This document shows positions 58,937-64,000 of a stretch of DNA of 64,000 nt, piece after piece. The notes beneath the pieces are model-generated. The model saw only the letters and a program-made list of their open reading frames with translations. It searched no databases and was not told where the DNA came from. A program made the translations under genes and the position numbers. The stretch comes from Dictyostelium discoideum (taxonomy: Eukaryota). The DNA is taken from the NCBI GenBank assembly GCA_000004695.1, contig CM000153.2, positions 1,504,001-1,568,000 on the forward strand, read 5' to 3'. Each line of letters opens with the position of its first letter. Positions within the stretch are counted from its first letter, which is position 1.

Positions 58937-59274
58937 TTATTCAAATTGGATAATTAAAACCAATGATATCAATGATTTAAAAGATAAGCAAAATACAGGT
59001 GGATTATATTGTTATAGAAATTCAGATGATAATGTACATACATTCCTTCAGAATGAATCGAGTATCTCTAAAAAGATTACATTAACATCACCAGAAGGAA
59101 AAGGTTCATATGAATTTGTTTTTAATCTTTTAAAAACTGATTTCATGATGATTAGTTCAACCCAAGATAATCAAAATCAAACTACAAATTATGAAGCTGA
59201 ACATATTGATTTTAGTCATAAGCATAATCAAATAAATTCAACTTCAACTTTAAAATTTAGTAGTAATCAACAGC

Positions 59275-59305
<31 letters not shown>

Positions 59306-61439
59306 GCAACAACAAAAATTACCATCTCATTATTCCATCGATCAAAGTAATGAATATAATCAAAATAATAATAATAATAATAATGAAAATTTAGAAATAT
59401 CAACAAATTCATTTAGTATTCAAACTGAGGATAATCAAGTTGAAGTATTAATTGATGGATTACAAACATTTAGAAGGTATTATGAAATAATGATGAATTC
59501 ACAACATAGTATAAGTATTTTGGCATGGGAATTAACATTTTCATTTGGTTTAGTTATGACAAAGAATGTTAAATCTGAATTACCACTTCATGTTGATCCA
59601 ATGTCAAAATGGATAACATTAGAAGATGTATTAATCTCAAAGGTATTGGATGGTGTCAATGTTAGAATCATAGTTTGGAGACATGAATTATTATCTCACG
59701 TCACTAGATTCCTTTATTTAGGTGAAGTCACCATTGAACGTGAAGTTTCAAAATTAGAGAAAAGATGTAAACGTTTAGGTGTAGTTTGTAATGTTTTTCA
59801 TACTCATAATATGCCCGGCTTAGATTCAGAATTTGCTGATATAAATAGTCCATATTTACATTATGATCATTCAAAATCACAACAACAACAACAACAATCT
59901 TCAAAAAATAATAATAATCACAACAATCACAATAATAATAATCACAATAACAATTCAAGCGAAAAATTAAAAAATGATAAAAAAAAGAAACAACATGTTC
60001 CAAGTATTACAGTTGTAATTGTTGGTAATCCACAAGGTATTTTATCATCACATCATGAAAAATTATTATTGGTAGATTCTGAATGTCCTGATCATTGTGT
60101 TGCTTTTACTGGTGGTTTTGATATTGCTAGAGGTAGATATGATCAACCATTACATCAAATACCAAGACCATACATTCCTGTTAATATAAATAAATCAACA
60201 TCAACAACAACCCCTCCTTCAACTTTACCAATATCAACTCAAAAATCACCATCAAACAGTAATAATAATAAACAAGAGGAACAACAAATTCAAGATGAAG
60301 AAATTGAAGAAGAACCACAATTATTAAATACAAATAATAAAGTATTATCAAATAAACCAATAAGATATACTGGTAGAAATGTTCAACCAATTTTAAGACA
60401 AATTAGATTCTTATGGCATGATATTCAAATTTTATTGAGAGGACCAAGTACACAACATTTAAGATTACATTTCTTTCAACGTTGGATTCATGCATTCTCT
60501 CAAAATGTATCAATTACAAGAACTGCATCATTGGATGTATTGCCAAGTTCAATAACATGTACAAAGAATCATAACACTCTACCCAAACAACATGTAATTC
60601 ATAATGATCCTGCAAAAGTTTATAATCATTGTTCAGTACGTTTATTTAGAACTTGGAAAGGTGTTATCGATAATAACATGATGTTTGACGAATACGCCAA
60701 AATGATTTTAAATGCAAAGGAATTCCTATACGTAGAACATCAATATCCATTTCAAAATTTTACCCTCACCTATTATATGTGTGAAGCATTAAAAGCAAAT
60801 CCAAAACTTCATCTATTGGTTGTAACTCCAGTTAAAACTGATTTACCAAGTGGTTTAGTTGGCGAATTATTCGACTGGTCTCAAGATCATATCATCAAAC
60901 ATCTTCATTTAATTCATAGTATTGCACCCGATAGAGTTGGTATCTATGGTTTAGTACAACAAGATCATGAAACCAATCGTCTGAAACCAATTTACATTCA
61001 TTCCAAATTGTTTATCGTTGATGATACCATTCTAAACGTCGGTAGTACCAATATGGATAATATGAGTTTCTTTCACTCGAGCGAACTTTGTGCCTCTATA
61101 ACCGAACCAATATTGGCAAAAGAAACTCGTGTCACTTTAGCAAAAGAACATTTAGGAAAACATTATACAAAAAGTATGGAATCAAACTTTATCGATATGT
61201 TTAATGCTTTCAGAAAAGTATCAGAAGAGAATTATGAACGTTTACGTTATAAAAGATTACTCATCGGAAGACCAATCTCTCTAACACCTGCAGATAAATA
61301 TGAATTCATATTGAAAAAGATTTATTATCCAAATAAATTTACAAAAATTTTATATAAAATGGGTTTAGATTCTGAAGAATGGTTAAATAAAATGTTTAAC
61401 CCATCGAGTTGGATGAATTTATTTAAACCAAAATTATAA
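57847..61439 (+). CDS. Phospholipase D (HKD superfamily). Three exons: 57847-58131, 58240-58489, 58642-61439, giving about 1110 aa.
   Basis: Exon 3 carries both HKD motifs: HHEKLLLVDSECPDHCVAFTGGFDIARGRYD and HSKLFIVDDTILNVGSTNMDNMSF. It also has the PLD core NQVEVLIDGLQTFRRYYEIMMNSQHSISILAWELT. Exons 1 and 2 join with consistent phases. Exon 1 ends at a GTATAT donor in phase 0 and joins a tttatatag acceptor. Exon 2 ends at a GTAAGT donor in phase 1 and joins a catcaacag acceptor. This extends the 928-aa ORF by about 180 N-terminal residues (MFVLQIHSVTFYNSS... FLTFGRRGPLYHVCYSIQPVKYSYGFSL...). A C2- or PH-like fold is possible but not demonstrated. Confidence 0.8.
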
Positions 61440-61798
61440 TAAATAAAAGTTAAAAAAAAAAAAAAAAAATATTATAAAATTATTAAACTATAATATATAT
61501 ATAAACTAAAATTAAACATATAAAGATAAAATTAAATCTTTTTTTTTTTTTTTTTTATAAATTTTTTTTTTTTTCTATTTTATTTATTCTTTCTATAAAT
61601 TTGTTATTATCTTATCATTATTATTATTTTTTTTTTATTTTTTTTATTTTTTTATTTTTTTTTATTTGAATATTTATCTTTTTTTTTTATCTTTTTTTTT
61701 TTTTTTTTATGTTTAAATAAATAAAAAAAAAAAAAAAAAAAGTTATTTTTATCCATAGATATTTATAAATATTTTTTTTTTTCTTTTTTTTTTTTTTT

Positions 61799-61829
<31 letters not shown>

Positions 61830-61835
<6 letters not shown>

Positions 61836-63551
61836 CTCTTCTTCTTCATCATCTTGTTCGAATTGGGTAGTATGATCAGCTGAAGGTGGTTGGAATTTAG
61901 TTGAATCTAAATGTTTTGAAACCAAAAGTCTAAGATTTTTAGAGAGTTTCTTTAATTCATCAGAAGCTTGATCGACGGTCCAATTCTTTGATTTGAAGAG
62001 ATCGTAAAGGGCAGGAGAAGTACAGAATACGGTAGTGGATTCTCTGTTAACTTCGGGGGTTGAAGTTGTGTAACGAGTTGCAATGTCCTCATTAACATGG
62101 AATTGAAGGCTATTATCATCGGATCTATACATTAAGACCTTACGAGTGATAATTGATTCAGTCATGAAAAGATTGCTATCTGGAATTTGATAGGTGTTAT
62201 TACCAGAGGAGTTTTTATGAATTTTAATGGAATCGATAAATTTGATGAGATTGTCGTATTGATGTTGACCAGTTCCGCTAACCAATTTACTCTTGGAGTG
62301 GGTGTCGATTGTAACACGAAGATCAGAACCAGATTTAATTTGAGGGAAAAGTACTTTTGAACTATTAATGTGATTAAGTTTATAAATGAATGGATCAGTG
62401 AATTTATATTCTGATGAGTCGCTATTTGGTGATTGTTGAGTGTTGGTGGTGGTGGTAGTGGTTGGGGTAATTTTTTCTTCACTACATTTAATACATAAAA
62501 GATCGAGTGATTCGGTATCTAAAACTGAAATGAAGGTGAATTGTTTCTTTTGTTTGAAAAGTTTATATTGAGAAGAGGTGATAAATTGCTCGTTGATAAC
62601 ATTTGATGGTTGGAAAACAGAGGCGAGACTTTCAGTGTACAATTCGTATTTATCGGCAGTCATTGGAGTTGAAGGAATGTTTGAACTGTGGAGATACCAT
62701 ATTTTACCGGCTTCAATGTCTATGAAAGGGGTGGAAGAACCTTTTTCACTGTAGAGAGTTGAAAAGGTTTCATTTAAACGTGCGACATATTGAGATTCAT
62801 GGGAGTTGATCAAATCTTGCATCAATTGAACGCCATCAGTGGCCAATGGATCGATAGCACCACTCTCTAAAATCACCTCTGAAAATGATGGTTGATGAAC
62901 AAACTTAATCTTTTGTTCACCTTTGTAATCGATGAGCGACAAGTATTTTGGTGAGGTATTCTTCAACTTTAGAACGATCTCTTTGGCTCTATCCAATTGT
63001 TGTGCGTCGGCACACTTAATGATTGCTGTATTCTTGAATACCTTTAATCTTGCGGTGGTAGCTTTATTCAATAAACCCCATAATGAACCTTTGACACCAA
63101 TGATTGCACCACCACTAAATGGTGGAAGTGATACGATGCTAGTCAATAATCTTGGACCTGACTTTTGGTATGATGAATTATAAAATGATGATTGACCTCT
63201 ATATCCACCTCTTGATCCACCTCTTGATGATCCACTGTTACCACCTCTTGATGATCCACCTCTTGATGATCCACCTCTATGACCTCCTCTACTATTTGTA
63301 AAATGTGTATTATTATTATTATTGTTATTATTGTTGTTATTGTTGTTATTATTATTATTATTGTTATGTGATGTTGAATTTAAATTTGGTGATGTATTAT
63401 TATTGTTGTTGTTACCATTGTTATTACCATTACCATTACCGTGATATCCACCACGGTGTGATTTATTACCAAATTTAGATTGGAAGTAATAGTTGTTTCC
63501 ACCTTGTTGTTGTTGTGGTTGTTGTGGTTGTTGTTGTTGTTGATCAAAATT

Positions 63552-63604
<53 letters not shown>

Positions 63605-63686
63605 GATCAAATGCTGGTGCTGCTTGTTGTGGTTGTCCTTGTCCTTGTCCGCCATTTCTTGGGGTGTATGTTTTACTGCCTCTCAT
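61830..63686 (-). CDS. KH-domain protein with an N-terminal RGG-box, poly-Q and poly-N low-complexity region and an acidic C-terminus. A putative RNA-binding protein of about 618 aa.
   Basis: KH type-I core LPPFSGGAIIGVKGSLWGLLNKATTARLKVFKNTAIIKCADAQQLDRAKEIV, carrying the GxxG loop (GVKG). RGG/RGGS repeats: RGGHRGGSSRGGSSRGGNSGSSRGGSRGGYRG. The (CAA)n Q-tract is encoded at 63480-63610. The ORF track's start at 63788 lies in poly-A/T; the first credible ATG is at 63686 (MRGSKTYTPRNGG). An upstream exon cannot be excluded. Confidence 0.6.
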
Positions 63687-64000
63687 ATGAAATTTACCTG
63701 GTGGGTGTGAAAAACCTCCTCCTTTTTTTTTAAAAAAAAAAAAATAATAATAATAATAAAAAAAAAAATAATTAAGATTAATAACCAAAAAAAAAACTAC
63801 ATTTTTATTTATTTTATTTTATTTTTATTTTTATTTATAATTCAAAACCTCCTCCTTTTTTTTTTTTTTTTTAATAGATATAAAAAATAAAAATAAAAAG
63901 AAATTTCTTATTTATTCTTTTTCTTTTTTTTTTCTCTTTTATAAATTTTTTTATTTTTTTATTTATTATTATAAAAATTATTTTTTATTTAAAGGAAAAA

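Noticed and set aside
63688-63710. GTAAAT donor-like sequence just upstream of the KH-protein ATG (ccaccag|gtaaatttcatATG)
   Set aside because: Coding continues uninterrupted right after the ATG with no acceptor, so an intron here would delete the start. It is more likely coincidental 5'-UTR sequence, though an upstream exon cannot be strictly excluded.

Overview
This window is eukaryotic nuclear DNA with all the hallmarks of Dictyostelium discoideum: about 75-80% AT, (AAT)n/(CAA)n microsatellites that translate into poly-N and poly-Q tracts inside real genes, intergenic regions made of long A or T runs, and short AT-rich GT...AG introns (GTAAGT / GTATGT / GTAAAT donors, T-rich tracts before the AG). 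It is not prokaryotic. I found no CRISPR array, operons, tRNA or rRNA genes. By hand-splicing the six-frame ORF track I assembled about 24 protein-coding genes. In window order these are: the 3' part of the ribonucleotide reductase large subunit (rnrA); a 4-exon secreted LRR + IPT/TIG-like surface protein; a 3432-aa hybrid histidine kinase on the minus strand (DhkG-like); a prosaposin-like protein with five saposin-B domains; an RCC1-repeat protein; Elongator subunit Elp1; a secreted calcineurin-like metallophosphoesterase with a probable missed C-terminal exon encoding a transmembrane anchor; a Mis12-like kinetochore protein; a GID4/Vid24 homolog; translation elongation factor EF-1 beta; a GNAT-like acetyltransferase; an ankyrin + RA-like protein; an ABCF1-type ABC ATPase; an RMI1 homolog; two tandem paralogous HSD17B12/KAR-type short-chain dehydrogenases; a large orphan protein; a cytochrome P450; a further SDR with a Tyr->Phe substitution in its YxxxK motif; ribosomal protein S16; a two-exon GPI-type secreted protein; a phospholipase D with two small N-terminal exons; and a KH-domain RGG/Q/N-rich protein. 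The most unusual features are two. First, the giant histidine kinase combines a degenerate protein-kinase-like domain (HRD kept, DFG replaced by NFQ), a P-loop NTPase module, a GAF-like domain, and HisKA/HATPase and receiver domains. Second, the segment 35.5-37.8 kb is bounded by inverted repeats of about 230-250 bp and carries second copies of the ankyrin gene's 3' end and of the ABCF terminal exon. The genuine ABCF terminal exon lies 1.7 kb away, and both copies have intact ORFs. All splice sites and homologies are inferred by eye from the sequence and from remembered protein families; nothing was computed or searched.
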